Source: Squalus acanthias
Taxonomy: Eukaryota
Reading direction: 5' to 3'
Assembly (NCBI GenBank): GCA_030390025.1
Contig: CM059432.1
Span: 73,720,001 to 73,784,000, forward strand
Length of the DNA: 64,000 nucleotides
Under the pieces are notes generated by a model, which saw only the letters and a program-made list of their open reading frames with translations, was not told where the DNA came from and did no database searches. Position numbers and translations under genes: made by a program. Positions 48,797 through 61,760 of this stretch are shown here, piece by piece. Position 1 is the first letter of the stretch; each line of letters starts with the position of its first letter.

Positions 48797-50715
48797 ATGA
48801 CTGCTTCAAGGGCCAAGGCCTCTCCCCGATTTGATGACGACTCCCTCCATGCTCTTGTGGAGGGAGTCAGAGGGTGCAAGGAGGTACTCTTCCCATCCTC
48901 TGGGTGGAAGAAGCCTCCACAGCAAACCAAAGCAGCCTGGCTGCAAATTGCTCAGGAGGTCAGCTCCAGATCCATGTGCCCTCGAACCTGGGTGCAGTGC
49001 GGGAAAAGGTTAATTGACCTGGTCTGCTTAGGAAAAGTGAGCATAACATCACACTTATCTCTCTTGTTTACATTGCATGAGTGACTGATATGGCATCTGA
49101 TGCTCATACAGATTGACTTATGATCATCTGCACAATTCCATGTGCCTGCTACGTTAATATCACATGTCTAACTCATGTCTTTAATCCCCCACAGGACCAT
49201 CGACAGCCCCCCTTCCCCACTGTCCAGGAGGAAGAGCCGGAGCCAGAAGACTCCGCAGAGGAACCTGCAACCTCTGAGGGCGCAGCGTCAGCAGAATTAA
49301 GCGCACCCAGCACCAGCGCAGATACGCACACCTCGGTGGGACCTTCGCGACATAGAGTAGTGTTGTCACCTGGTGTATCACAGCTCCCCATCTCCTCTCA
49401 TCACCAGCACTCTGCATTGTCAACCTACTCCTGCACATCCCACTTTACCCTTACATCCCTTGCACCCTTAACCATCCCCCTCTCTCTATGTACAGACTCA
49501 CTCCACCATTCTACTATGCTGCCCTCACACTCGCTATCACTGTTATGCAATGACAACAACTAACAACGCACAGGGAGGGCCCTTGATATTGGCACCTCAC
49601 TCCATCTTTGTCTCCTTCTAAGCATCTATGCTATGGATTCTCTACACTCACTCCATCATTCTCACTCAAACTCCACTTGTGTCCCTCATTACAGGAAAAG
49701 AGAGCCCACAATAAGAGGGAGAGGGCTAAGACAGGAGGAGGGCCATCTTCCATTTCCAATCTCACCAATGCTGAGGAGGCGGCACTGGAAATCATCGGAG
49801 GTGATGAGAATCTGGAAGTGGGGGATGGTCAGACGGGCGCAGCAGAGCAAGCTGGTGACAGAATAGATTTGCATCTCTCTTGTTTACATTGCATGAGTGA
49901 TTGATATGGCATCTGATGCTCATACAGATTGACTTATGATCATCTGCACAATTCCATGTGCCTGCTACGTTAATATCACATGTCTAACTCATGCCTTTAA
50001 TCCCCCACAGGACCATCGACAGCCCCCCTTCCCCACTGTCCAGGAGGAAGAGCCTGAGCCGGAAGACTCCTCAGAGGAAGCTGCAACCTCTGAGGGCGCA
50101 GCGTCAGCAGAATTAAGTGCACCCAGCACCAGCGCAGATACGCACACCTCGGTGGGACCTTCGCGACATAGAGTAGTGTTGTCACCTGGTGTATCACAGC
50201 TCACAAGTGAGCATTAGCAGATGGTGGAGACAGGGACAACAGTGGAGAGTCCTCGTCGGAGGCCGCAGCGCGCTCCCAGCTCTGCTCAGCTGCAAGTGGA
50301 CCCTGTGCCTCCAGGTCCATCCAGAAAGAGAGCGGTGCTGGAACTCCAGCAACAAGCAAGTGGGGTCTCCTCTCCAAGCGCTCACACTCCCATGCCACTG
50401 AGTAGCTCTCGGTCAGAGCCCCACCAGAGTCCTCACCCAACTGAGATGGGCATCTCAGCCCCTGCACAGCCGCAGGAGGAGCAGACTGTTGCCGAGCCCT
50501 CACAGGCTCACAAACCCAGAGGACGCCCAAAGGTGTCGAAGCAGGAGCAGCATGAAAGTGAGCAACGTGCCTCCACATCTGCTGAAGCCACAGGGGAGGC
50601 ACCATGTAGAAGCACGCATAAGAGGAAGATAAAGCACGATGTAGTCACTTGGGTGTTCAGTTCTGTTGTCTTTTGTTGTCTTTATTTTTTGCCATGTCAT
50701 CCTTTTGTGCATTGA
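48797..50715 (+). pseudogene. Harbinger Myb/SANT-like gene: exons 48797-49036, 49695-49854, 50011-
   Basis: PRFDDDSLHALVEGV..AWLQIAQEV..RTWVQCGKR and EKRAHNKRERAKTGGG with GT-AG sites. Frameshift and TAG (50215-50217) in exon 3. Confidence 0.85.
49057..50202 (+). repeat. 330-bp direct duplication (49057-49386 and 49873-50202)
   Basis: Near-identical sequence at offset 816. Confidence 0.95.
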
Positions 50716-51621
50716 TTAAACAGAAGTGATGGCAAACAGTTGAAGTTCTGGCCTATGTGATCTGGGAAATGGAAGTTGCACATTGAGGGCTCAGGGCGAC
50801 TTACATTTGTAATGATGGTGGTCAGAGTGATAGGAACCCACAGGTTCTTGTCCATTGTGTATTATGTGATAAGAAGGTGCCAGCCACAAGTGTTTGATTC
50901 GTCTACCTAAGCGAATCTGGCAAAGATTAGTGCATCCCTTGCATCCCGGGCAGCAATGTGCTCGCGTGCTGCTGCAGCTGGTTCATCCGCCTCCGCAAAG
51001 TCTTCTTCCTCCTCCTCCTCCTCCTCCTCATCTGAGGAGGCTGTGCACTGAGTCACTTGTTCCTCAGGCAGCTGCAAGCCACGATGCTGTGCGATGTTTG
51101 GGAACGGTGTGGAACATGCAGAAAAAGTGGCAAAACCTAAAACCGCTGTCAAAATAGCATTATCCAGGCAGTTAACAAGCTGTTAACTGCATTAAGGGCC
51201 TATCCCTCCGCTTGGAGGCGGGACCGAACAGGAGTCTGGGAGCCCGCATTTGGGAAAGTTGCACGGAGGCGATTTTACCATCTGACCGGCCTCCAAACCC
51301 GCCCTCTGAGCGCCGACAAAATTGCGGCCAACTTTTCAGGTCGATGACCTTTTGTCAGAACTGGAAAATGTTGCAGATGTAATAGGTTTTAAGCAAGTAT
51401 AGGTGCAGGGAAAGGGGGAGAGGAGAGGAAAGAACAAAAGGGAAGGTCTGTGATAGGGTGGAAGGCAAGAGAGATTTAAATGACAAAAGGGATGATGGTG
51501 CAAGGCAAAAGGTAGTGGTAATGGGGCAAGTAAAGAAACAAAAGATGAGTCGAGAGGAGGTGTAAATGGCAAAAGCAGATCCATTACCTGCGCCTGCTGT
51601 CCGAAAAAATGGGCGCAGTGA

Positions 51622-51905
51622 TTATGATTGGAAATTGTTGAACTCGATGTTGAGTCCAGAAGGCTGTAAAGTGCTTAATCGAAAGATGAGGTGCTGTTTC
51701 TCGAGCTTACATTGAGCTTCATTGGAACAGGGTAGGGGGCTGAGCACAGAGTGGGAGTGGGGCGGAGAATTAAAATGGCAAGTGACTGAAACCTCATGGT
51801 CAGGCTTGCGGACTGAATGGAGGTGTTCCGCAAAGCGATCACCCAATCTGCGTTTGGTCTCCCCATTGTAGAGGAGACTGCATTGTGAGCAGCGAATACA
51901 GTATA
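51622..51905 (-). pseudogene. Penelope GIY-YIG endonuclease fragment
   Basis: VYCIRCSQC.LLYNGETKRRLGDRFAEH...HFN...LEKQHLIFRL.TLQPSGLNIEF. Confidence 0.9.
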
Positions 51906-51947
51906 CTCTGTGCTTGCTGAAAACCTGTTGCATCTGTAACATTTTCC

Positions 51948-51984
51948 AATTCTGATGAAAGGTCACTGACCTGAAACATTAACT
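51948..51984 (+). ncRNA. Hammerhead motif, slightly decayed
   Basis: aatt-CTGATGA-a-AGGTC-act-GACCT-GAA-ACAT-T-aact. The ACGT palindrome has become ACAT. Confidence 0.55.
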
Positions 51985-53309
51985 TTGTTTCTCTCTCCAC
52001 AGATGCTGTCTGACCTGCTGAGTATTTCCAGCATTTTCTGTTTATATTGTGAATAATCGTTCCTGTTTGCATCAGGTATCCAGATCATCCAAATTATTCT
52101 TCATAGTGTCTATTTGCTTCAGAGCCCTAGCTTTACTTTGGTGAAGAAGAATAGATAACATAAGCCTCTGGACAGCTTTCACTGCCACCATTAAATGTCA
52201 GATATTCAGCATATTTCTGAAATCTTTAATCTCTTTAAAAACATAATGACAGGTACAATCTTGTCACTGCTTTTCAAGCATGTATTGAAAAAGTATGCAC
52301 TACATGCTTCTCTTGATGATAGGGTGCGAGAGCGGAATAAAATCAAAAGCTTGATTGTGGTACAATATTACAATGTACTTCGAGGATAGGATTGGTGAGG
52401 GTTCATCAGACTAGAAAGAAATCACAGCACTGTGAACAGTATGACAATGTGCCTGATTTGGTCTTCCAATCTCCATATCTATGGCTTACAATGGCATTTC
52501 TCTAAAGAGTAAATTTTATTCCTTGAAAAAAGTAATGTGGGGTATTTTGATAATATAAATAGTATTGTACTTCGGCCAATGTCAATGAATTATGAAGGAA
52601 CAATTGCTTAGTTCAGCAGTGACATTTTAGCCATGAAACATCAATGCTGAAGAAACTATAACACATGATAACTCATTACTAAAATGTTTTCTGACAACAA
52701 ACTTGAAAAATTGAACACTGCTTTGAAGTACAATGTAGTCTTGTGCAAATTCCAAAAGAGCTACTTAGTAGAATGAGAATTACCTTGATCCTTTATATAC
52801 CCCTGCTTTTCCTACCATACTCAATCCCCACAAAGAGTTCATCAATTGTTTTTTGTTGATTTTGAGACAACTTCAGAAGCTTTTGAACCTAAGGTTCACT
52901 CCCATATTGAAAGTGAGAGAGGTGAGGGTTAGTTAATTATGATCAGACTCTGTGTTAGCTTTTGGGACACATTATATTGCATATCAGGTTATTGTATGAT
53001 GTCGATAGGACCCCGATGCATTTCATGTGCCTCGCTCTGTAAAACATGGTGGGGAAGAAGCGGAGGCCCTCAAGGTAAGTTAATTTTCCATAGTGGGTCC
53101 AGGAGGCTCATTTGAATTTTTTCAGTCTGCTGCCAGTGGTATATTTGCCTTTGTCTAGGAGCCCGCCTTGGTGGGGAAGGGGGTGGAAGAGGGAGGAGCA
53201 GAAAAATGGATGCAGTAGAGCCACCCATATTAAGGTCAACATATTCTAGGTCCCCTGCCACTTCCACTGGACAATCTCAGAAGTGGTGGGGTCTATGTAA
53301 CTCTAGCAG

Positions 53310-53890
53310 AAAATCTCAGATTTTACATCCCTTTCCTAGTCTCATTACCTTTCATTTATCCACATTACACATTATTTACCACTTATTAGTCCACTTTCCC
53401 AACCTGCCCAGGTCTGTTTGTATTTGGTTTGCCCCTTCCCTATTATTTGAGTCTCCCTTCTCAATTTTGTGTCAGCTGCAAACTTAGATAGCTTTATTTC
53501 TTTCCCCAGCTCCAACTCATTTAAATACACTGTAAACGGCAATGGCTGCAGCATTGACCCCGGTGACACTCCACTCATGACCCCTTGCCATGCCAACACA
53601 GCAACATATTGCTTTCTGTAGTTTAGCCAATTTTCAATCCACCTCAGAGGCTTGCCCCTATTCCATGCCTTCCTATTTCGTGGACAAATCACTTACGTGG
53701 CATGGAATCAAAAGTCTTGCTAAAATCTAAATATATCACATCTACAGAATTTCCATTGTCAGCAATATTTGTCATTTCCTCTATGAATTGCAGAAGTTGT
53801 TTTTAGACAAGGCCTCCCTGCCATAAATCCATGCTGATTCAGTCTTACCATCCGATACCTATCTAGGTGCTTCATTATTTGCTGTTTTAG
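53310..53890 (-). mobile_element. Old CR1 RT fragment
   Basis: WIENWL..RKQ, SGVSPGS.L.P and KFAADTKL. Confidence 0.8.
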
Positions 53891-54132
53891 GATAGGACAT
53901 TCTGACTACTGCATGTGTCTTAAGCTCCATTCAATCTCCTTATGAAGAATAAATTCTTGGCATGCCTTCACTTCATTCTGTTTTTTCATCCAGTTCACGA
54001 AATTCAATTTCAGCAATATTTTTTCTCTCCCTGACTACTGATAGCTTCCCAATTACTTGCTATACCCTTTCGGGTCAAGTGAATGCTTTTGCCCATTATT
54101 CTGGGGTTACCTGCAGACAAGGAGGATAATTC

Positions 54133-55410
54133 ATAAGAACATAAGAAATAGGAGCAGGAGTAGGCCATTCGCCCCTTCGAGCCTGCTGCGCCATTCATAA
54201 GATCATGGCTGATCTTCTACCTCATCTCCACTTTCCTGCACTATCCCCATATCCCTTGATTCCCTTAATATTCAAAAATCTATCAATCTCTGTCTTGAAT
54301 ATACTCAACGACTGAGTCTCCACAGCCCTCAGGGGTAGAGAATTCCAAAGATACACCGCCCTCTGAGTGAACAAATTTCTCCTCATCTCAGTCCTAAATG
54401 GCCGACCCCTTATTCTGAGACTGTGACCCCTGGTTCTAGACTCCCCAGCCAGGGGGAACATCCTCCCTGCATCTACCCTGTCAAGCCCTGTAAGAATTTT
54501 GTATGTTTCAATGAGATCACCTCTCATTCTTCTAAACTCTAGAGAATATAGGCCTAGTCTATTCAATCTCTCTTCATAGGACAATTCCTCCCATCCCAGG
54601 AACCAGTCTGGTGAACCTTCGTTGCACTCCCTCAATGGCAAGTATATCCTTCCTTAGGTAAGGAGACCAAAACTGTACACAATACTCCAGGTGTGGTCTC
54701 ACCAGGGCCCTATATAGTTGCAGTAAGACGTCTTTACTCTTATACTCAAATCCTCTTGTAATAAAGGCCAACATACCATTTGCTTTCCTAATTGCTTGCT
54801 GTACCTGCATGTTAACTTTCAGTGATTTGTGTACAAGGACACCCAGGTCCCTCTGAGCACCAACATTTCCCAATCTCTCTCCATTTAAAAAATACTCTGC
54901 TTTTCTATTTTTCCTACCAAAGTGGATAACTTCACATTTCTCCACATTATATTCCATTTGCCATGTTCTTGCCCACTCACTTAGCCTGTCTATATCCCCT
55001 TGAAGCCTCTTTGCATCCTCCTCATAACTTACATTCCCACCTAGCTTTGTATCATCAGCAAACTTGGATACATTACATTTGGTCCCCTCATCCAAATCAT
55101 TGATGTAGATTGTGAATAGCTGAGGCCCAAGAACTGATTCCTGCGGTACCCCACTAGTTACAGCCTGCCAACCCGAAAATGACCCGTTTATTCCTACTCT
55201 CTGTTTTCTGTCCATTAACCAATCCTCAATCCATGCTAGTATATTACCCCCTATCCCATGAGCCCTAATTTTGTTTAATAACCTCTTGTGTGGCACCTTA
55301 TCGAATGCCTTCTGAAAATCCAAATACACCACATCCACTGGTTCCCCCTTATCTATTCTGTTAGTTACAACCTCAAAAAACTCTAACAGATTTGTCAAAT
55401 ACGATTTCAA
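54133..55410 (-). mobile_element. Young CR1 3' portion (RT nearly intact, one frameshift near 54600)
   Basis: YLDFQKAFDKVPH, SGVPQESVLGP, FADDTKL, YRALVRPHLEY. (cataagaa)n tail. Confidence 0.97.
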
Positions 55411-56088
55411 GCCATGTTTATTGTTAGAAGTGTATACGTCTCTTTTGTCTGAGATTAAGTTAATTCCCTTGCACTCTACTTCAAATGGATAGTTTTGGTT
55501 AATACATTTAGTTCCCCATATAACTTGCAGGATGTGTTATTTATCCTGGAACAGGGATTAACAGGATTCTTCAAATAAACACAGCATGCATGGACTATTC
55601 TGATCAATTTATGGATCTTCTCTGGGCCTAGGATGAAAGATAAGACTATCTGTAGATATTGTACCATATGCTTTCCTCCACTCCCTTTGAGAACGCCTTT
55701 AAATCATAATTTGCTCCTGCTGGCATAAATCTCAAGGTCATCACACTGCGCTTTGAGTTCCTTAAGCTTTCCCTAAAGACTAACAATGCACTCTGTAAGC
55801 ATTTTAATATAATAAATCTGCCTTCTTCAATTTGATTTTCTATTGCCACATGGTTTGATGTGAGACTATTGAAGCTTTTGTGTATGGAATCTATCTTTAA
55901 TGAGACACAATAGCTCAAAGCTCAGTTAGGTTGGAACTGTCACCATCAAGGGAAGAGGGAACGTGTTTTCATTCTTTTGTTATCATAGCATTATCTTGAG
56001 TTATTGATTTTCACCCAGGTTATGGTGATTGGGCATCGTCTCACCCTTGTTTTGTAATAATTTGTTTTGTACTCAAGTTTGACAGAGG

Positions 56089-58990
56089 CATAAGAACATA
56101 AGAATTACGAGCAGGAGTAGGCCATACGGCCCCTCGAGCCTGCTCCGCCATTCAATAAGATCATGGCTGATCTTTGACCTCAACTCTACTTTCCTGCCTG
56201 ATACCCATATCCCTTGATTCCCCAAGAGTCAAAAAAATCTATCTAGCTCAGCCTTGAATATACTCAATGACTCAGCTTCCACAGCCCTTTGGGGTAGAGA
56301 ATTCCAAAGATTCACAACCCTCTGAGTGAAGAAATTCCTCCTCATCTCAGTCTTAAATGTCAAACCCCTTATCCTGAGACTATGCTCCCTAGTTCTAGAC
56401 TCTCCAGCCAGGGGAAACAACCTCTCAGCATCTACCCCATCAATCCCCCTCAGAATCTTATATGTTTCAATGAAATCACCTCTCATTCTTCTAAACTCCA
56501 GAGAGTATAGGCCCAATCTACTCAATCTCTCCTCATAGGACAACCCTCTCATCCCAAGAATCAACCTAGTGAACCTTTGTTGTACCGCCTCTAAGGCAAG
56601 TATATCCATCCTCAGTTAAGGAGACCAAAAATGAGCACAGTACTCCAGGTGTGGTCTCACCAAAGTCCTGTACAATTGTAGCAAGACTTCCTTACTCTTT
56701 TACTCCAATTCCCTTGCAATAAAGGCCAAAATGCCATTTGCCTTACTAATTGCTTGCTGTACCTGCATGCTAACTCTCTGTGTTGACTGTACGAGGACAC
56801 CTAAATCTCTCTGAACACCAACATTTAATAGTTTGTCACCATTTAAAATATATTCTGTTTTTCTATTCTTCCTACCAAAGTGAATAACCTCACATTTCCC
56901 CACATTATACTCCATCTGCCACCTCCATATTACCCACTCACTTAACTTGTCTATATCCCTTTTCAGGCTCTTTGGCCCTGAAATTGGACTACTTACCGCC
57001 ACCCTTTTGCGCCACAATCATGGAAAAAATGGCGGCTTCCGCTCTAGCACCCGCCTCTGGCGCAGGACACGGAGGATGCCATTTTGGAGATGAGCCTTAG
57101 GCAGCGCTGGCCCTGGACATGCAAATATGGAGAGCATGACGTCAGTAGGCATGCAACGTGCAACGCCGACTTAACGTCATGCTCTGCGAATTTGGACCTT
57201 TGTGCTGAGTTTAGTGCTGGGTCCTAAGCTCGCTCTGAAAAGTGAGCGAGCAGCAGACCGACAGAGATGCTGTCAACACTTCTTAAAGGGATGCACACAT
57301 CTTTCAGGTAATTTTGCATTTAAGCTTTTGGACTGGATTTTTTATATATTATTGAAGTAGTGGCTTGGTGCAATACATGTTAAAAGTTTTTTCAGTGTGC
57401 AGGGAGTGCTACTGGATGCTTGCAAGGCCTCAGTTGGTAAAGGAAGGCCTCTGGGAAGACAGAAAATGCTGCAAATAATCAGCAGGTAAGGCAGCATCCG
57501 TGGAGAGAGAAACAGAGTTCACATCTCAATTTAGATGCTGCCTGACCTGCTGAGTATTTCCAGAATTTTATGCTTTTATTTCAGATTTACAGCATCTGTT
57601 TGCAGAGGGAAGAGGACGAAGCAGAAGAGAAGGAAGCAGAAGGAAGGATGCAACACAGACAGCCCCTTTCTGGCTGGGATATCCGGGATGGAATCATCTG
57701 CCTGCGGTACCAGTGACCACAACCCCAATTCCCCTTTCAACATTTGTCCCACACCTTACCTTCCCTCTGTTACTGACCATCACAGTGTCCTCTTGGCCAC
57801 AATGCTGAAATAAAAGCCACCACAAAGCAAACTTTCCAATCCAACTTTATACATCTATTCATCCAATATGACATCAAGAAATCAACTCATCGCCCTTATG
57901 CATTCCCTTAGTGACTGTCTTGTGTATGCCTTTGCCTATCCTACTGATGTCACGCAGTGCTACCCCAGTATGACTGGTGGAAGGCTGCTGACTTTCAGTG
58001 GGGGGACACTGCAAATGGTCTTGCTGGTCGACCTTGAGGAGCTAGTGGCTGGGAGTGTCAAATCGAGCGACGGTGTTTCTTCTTCTTCTTCACTCTCCTC
58101 TCCCTCTTCTTGGTCAACCACTGGCTGGGCAGGCTGCATTTCTTGGGTGTGTGAAATGAGGAAGGTACAAGGGTGGAGTTGTGGTGAGGGGAGAGTGGTA
58201 AAGCAAGAGGTGCATGCGAGAAGGAGGACAATGTATGAAGATACCAGCATCTTGGCTCAGCCATGCCCCTGCCAAGAATGGCCAACACCATCTCCTCCAA
58301 GGGGGTGAGGTGAAGCTAGGAATGGGAGGTTTGCCTCGTGTTTGGTACAGATTGTTGACAGGTGAGTGATTGGCGGGGGGTGTCGTGCATTGAGAAGTGT
58401 ATGAGGCTAGTGGTGCAGTTGGTAAGAGACGGCTTTTGAAGATGTATTCACTGACCTTGACCAGTGGTCTGAGGTCATGAAGCTTCTTTGGGCACTAGAG
58501 CCAGGTTGTGGGGGCAACACTGCTGGCAATGATGGCCTCGGTGATCTGGTCCCACATTCTTCTTTCTGGAGGGCCCCTGGCCCCTGTGGGTAGAGGACCT
58601 CTCTTGCAGTGTTGACCCCCTGCACAAAGCTGGAGTGCTGAGTGCGAGACACTGGGTGCCCCTTCCCTGGCTTGCTGAGCCATTTGAGGTTCCCCTTTAA
58701 GGGATCACACTGCTTTCTAAAATGACAACCTTGCTTTAAGAGAAGAGTGTTCTTGCTGCAATGTCGCTACGGCCGCATCCATTGGGCCTCCTGCTGAGAC
58801 AACCGCCATGAAATCGGCCTTGCAAGGTATGTTTAGCGCTGGGCTAATATTAATTAGCAACCAGCACCAATATCCCGGTCTTGCCAGTGCCATTAATTTT
58901 GGTGGCCGTTAACTCCAGCCCATGGTGGCAAGTTTTTAGCGCTCTCCAATTTTTAGCCCTTTGTGTTCTCCTCACAGCTTACTTTCCCAT
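56089..58990 (-). mobile_element. CR1 3' portion split by Harbinger 56974-58959
   Basis: RT C-terminal ORFs 56229-56609 and 56700-56970. About 30 bp of CR1 resumes after 58959. Confidence 0.93.
56974..58959 (+). mobile_element. Non-autonomous Harbinger with Penelope fold-back (copy 2)
   Basis: TIR ggccctgaaattgga / tccaatttttagccc with TTT TSD. Colinear with 26203-28416. Confidence 0.92.
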
Positions 58991-59121
58991 AGAGATGAAA
59001 TTACTGTGTCAGATCAAGAGTTCGGCAGTCATGCTCTATATCTTTTGATATGGTCACATGAGTTTCTTTTGGGTTTTAAAGCTTTTTATGGGAAGAGCTA
59101 TTCAATGTAAATTTGTGTCAA

Positions 59122-59690
59122 TTTACAGTGCATTTTAGAGCTATGTAGAAAACAATATTAACTGAAGAAATCTTACAACATGAAAGATTAAGCAAGAAAT
59201 AGCAAAGACTTGTGAGTATGTTAGTCACATTTGACATTAAGACAGCAACATTATATCAAAAGACCATTAACGGATTGCGGTGTCCAAAGTGTTTGTTTCC
59301 TATTACATCTCAAAATGTTTGACATTTATAAAGAAAAAACAACCACATAACAGGAAACCAAGAAAGAATTTGTTTCTATATTAGGCTTTATTATATTTTA
59401 AGGCCAATAGTAAACCAAAATTGCTGATAATATTTCAACAGCTTCCCCCAAAGTATTAGCATTCATGAAGTTGCAGTTTTTATCATTATATATTGGTATC
59501 TATGCAGCTCGGCTAGAAAGCTTTGATTGTATTGATATATGGCTGCTAAATACAAAACACCTCAAATACTCAAGAGAAAATGGCACTATTGCTTTACAGT
59601 GCTTTTTAGAGGCATGTAGAAAACAATATTAAATGAAGAAATCTTACAACATAAAAGATTAAACAAGAAATAGCAAAGACTTGTGAGTAT
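59122..59690 (+). repeat. 98-bp direct repeat (59122-59219 and 59593-59690)
   Basis: Near-identical AT-rich units at offset 471. Confidence 0.9.
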
Positions 59691-59945
59691 ATTTCACTGA
59701 GGTGTTTAATACAGTGCTTTGATGGAAGTGATAAATATTTTGGATCCAAAATTCCTGACAGAGTTTGCAGGTGCAGTGGGAGGACATCTCATTAGGATGG
59801 GTCATGTAGGCAAAAGTGCCAGCTTCCTGGCCTGGACACCATGGGTGAACCCTCATGTGCCCTTACAAAGGCCAGCTGATCATATTCAGGATTATTTATA
59901 GAGGGGGAAAAGATATTTCAGAAGAAGTGCGCTTGTGCTATACCC

Positions 59946-60130
59946 TAAAATAAAAACAGAAAATGCTGGAAATACTCAGTAGGTCAGGCAGTATCTGTGG
60001 AGAGTGAAACAGAGTTAACCTTTCACGTCGATGACCTTTTGTCAGAACTGGAAAAGTTAGAGATGTAATAGGTTTTAAGCAAGTACAGAGGCAGGGAAAG
60101 GGGGGTGGGGAGGAAAGAACAAAAGGGCAG
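59946..60130 (-). mobile_element. Penelope pLTR fragment with decayed hammerhead
   Basis: Same repeat as 1411-1600. Core reads CTGACAA. Confidence 0.75.
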
Positions 60131-60139
60131 GTTTTATAC

Positions 60140-61760
60140 CCTGCCTCATGTCACAAGCATGTTGGTGCTCAAGGTGTGGTGTCAAGTCTTCATGCTGTGC
60201 CTCTTGCTTGGATTCTTCTGCTGCCTCTTCTTGAGCCTCCTCCTCTCCCTACCCCAAAGTGATATCTCTGCGGACTGCAAAGTTATGAAGCATGTAGAAA
60301 ATGGTAATAATTTCAGACATCTTGCTGGTGGTGTACTGTACCATGCCTCCTGAACGATCCAGGCACCAACACTTTGGTTTCAATAGGCAGATGGTGTCTC
60401 TATCTGGCCCCTGGGGGCAGAATGGGCCTTAATAAATCTTCTCTTTGCTGGTGTGTGAAACCATGACTCTCACCACTGTCAGAAGCCATGACTCTAGTGG
60501 GTATCCCATGTCTCCTACCAGCAATCCCTCCAGTGCCATTTATCCTTTGAACAATGGTGGAACTGTGCATTGCCTGCGAGTAAGCATAGAAACTAGGAGC
60601 AGGAGTAGGCCATTCGGCCCGTCGAGCCTGCTCCACCATTCAATACGATCATGGCTGATCATCCAAATCCAGTACCCTGTCCCTGCTTTCTCACACAGAA
60701 TCCCCACAGTACAGATAGAGGCCATCTCGGCCCATCGAGCCTGCACCGACACATATCCCACCCTATCCCCGTAACCCCACGTATTTAATTCCCCCTAACA
60801 TATCGCATCCTATCCCCGTAACCCCACATATTTAATCCCCCCCTAACACTAAGGGTCAATTTATCATAGCCAAATCAACCTAACCCGCACATTTTTGGAC
60901 TGTGGGAGGAAACCGGAGCACCCGGAGGAAACCCACGCAGACACGGGGAGAATGTGCAAACTCCACACAGACAGTCACCCGAGGCCAGATTCGAACCCGG
61001 GTCCCTGGCGCTGTGAGGCACCAGTGCTAACCACGATGCCACCGTGTTGCAGAGGGCAGGGGAGGTGGTGGGGGTTGAAGGATGTAATTTTACCTTTTAT
61101 CTTCAGGCGAAAATGGCTGATAATGAATCGCCTTCCCGTTTTACACCTTTGCCTAATTTTCAAATCGTTTTTCACCTGGAGATAAATGTTAAAATTACCC
61201 TCCTTGTATTTAGTTGCATTATTAGATGGCACTGATCACAAAAAAGCTATATATCAATAGAATAGATTTTTTATTGATGCACATGAATGGCATCAGTAAG
61301 GCCTTGCACTTGAGGGATTCCTGCCACCCTGCAGAAATGCTGCTTCTGCTTATCTTTACTACAGCAGATAAACTAATTTGCCCTTTTAAATGTGGCAGCA
61401 GCGAACTGATGGTTGGAGCATAGCACTGCACACTGGCTAATCTGGCACATGCCCCCTGTAGCAGCCTCAGGGGAGCCAGTCACATAGAAGTTTAAGGCAG
61501 TTGTAGCTTTCACCTAAAATTTGAGTAATGCCAGTGCTCCAGGAGGAGGCTGCCGAGCTCAGCAACTGCTTCCCTGTTAGACTTCAATCTCCTGAGGCTC
61601 AGCTCCGCTGACATCTGGAGAGCACTGTGTTTGGGCCATTACATCCATGCACTTAGGTAGTCCCTTCTGTGCTTCACCCATCTTCGATGCAGGCGCACCT
61701 ACTTATGGCATTGCTGGGCTATTTCCTCCTCATCCTCCATCTCTCGTAGTGCCAAAGATA
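60140..61760 (-). pseudogene. Old Harbinger transposase, interrupted by CR1 tail, HE1 SINE and mini-MITE
   Basis: VKATTALNFYVTGS (~61470-61515), LLVGDMGYP (~60500-60525), CLDRSGGMVQY..MLHNFA (~60275-60365). Confidence 0.7.
60693..61050 (-). mobile_element. HE1-like V-SINE (elasmobranch), with an internal ~47-bp tandem duplication
   Basis: tRNA head, V-domain ggagtttgcacattctccccgtgtctgcgtgggtttcctccgggtgctccggtttcctcccacagtcc, CR1-type tail. Confidence 0.93.

Larger units (their letters stand above)
48525..51329 (+). mobile_element. Harbinger derivative (distinct subfamily): Myb kept, only the transposase 3' end left
   Basis: TIR ggccgcgatttt / aaaattgcggcc with perfect AAC TSD. Transposase tail NIAQHRG...ARDARDALIFARF on - at 50907-51100. 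Confidence 0.92.
48421..52045 (-). mobile_element. Penelope-like element: GIY-YIG C-terminus between inverted pLTRs, split by Harbinger 48525-51329
   Basis: pLTR on - at 48421-48524 plus 51330-51400. Inverted pLTR on + at ~51910-52045. Confidence 0.85.
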
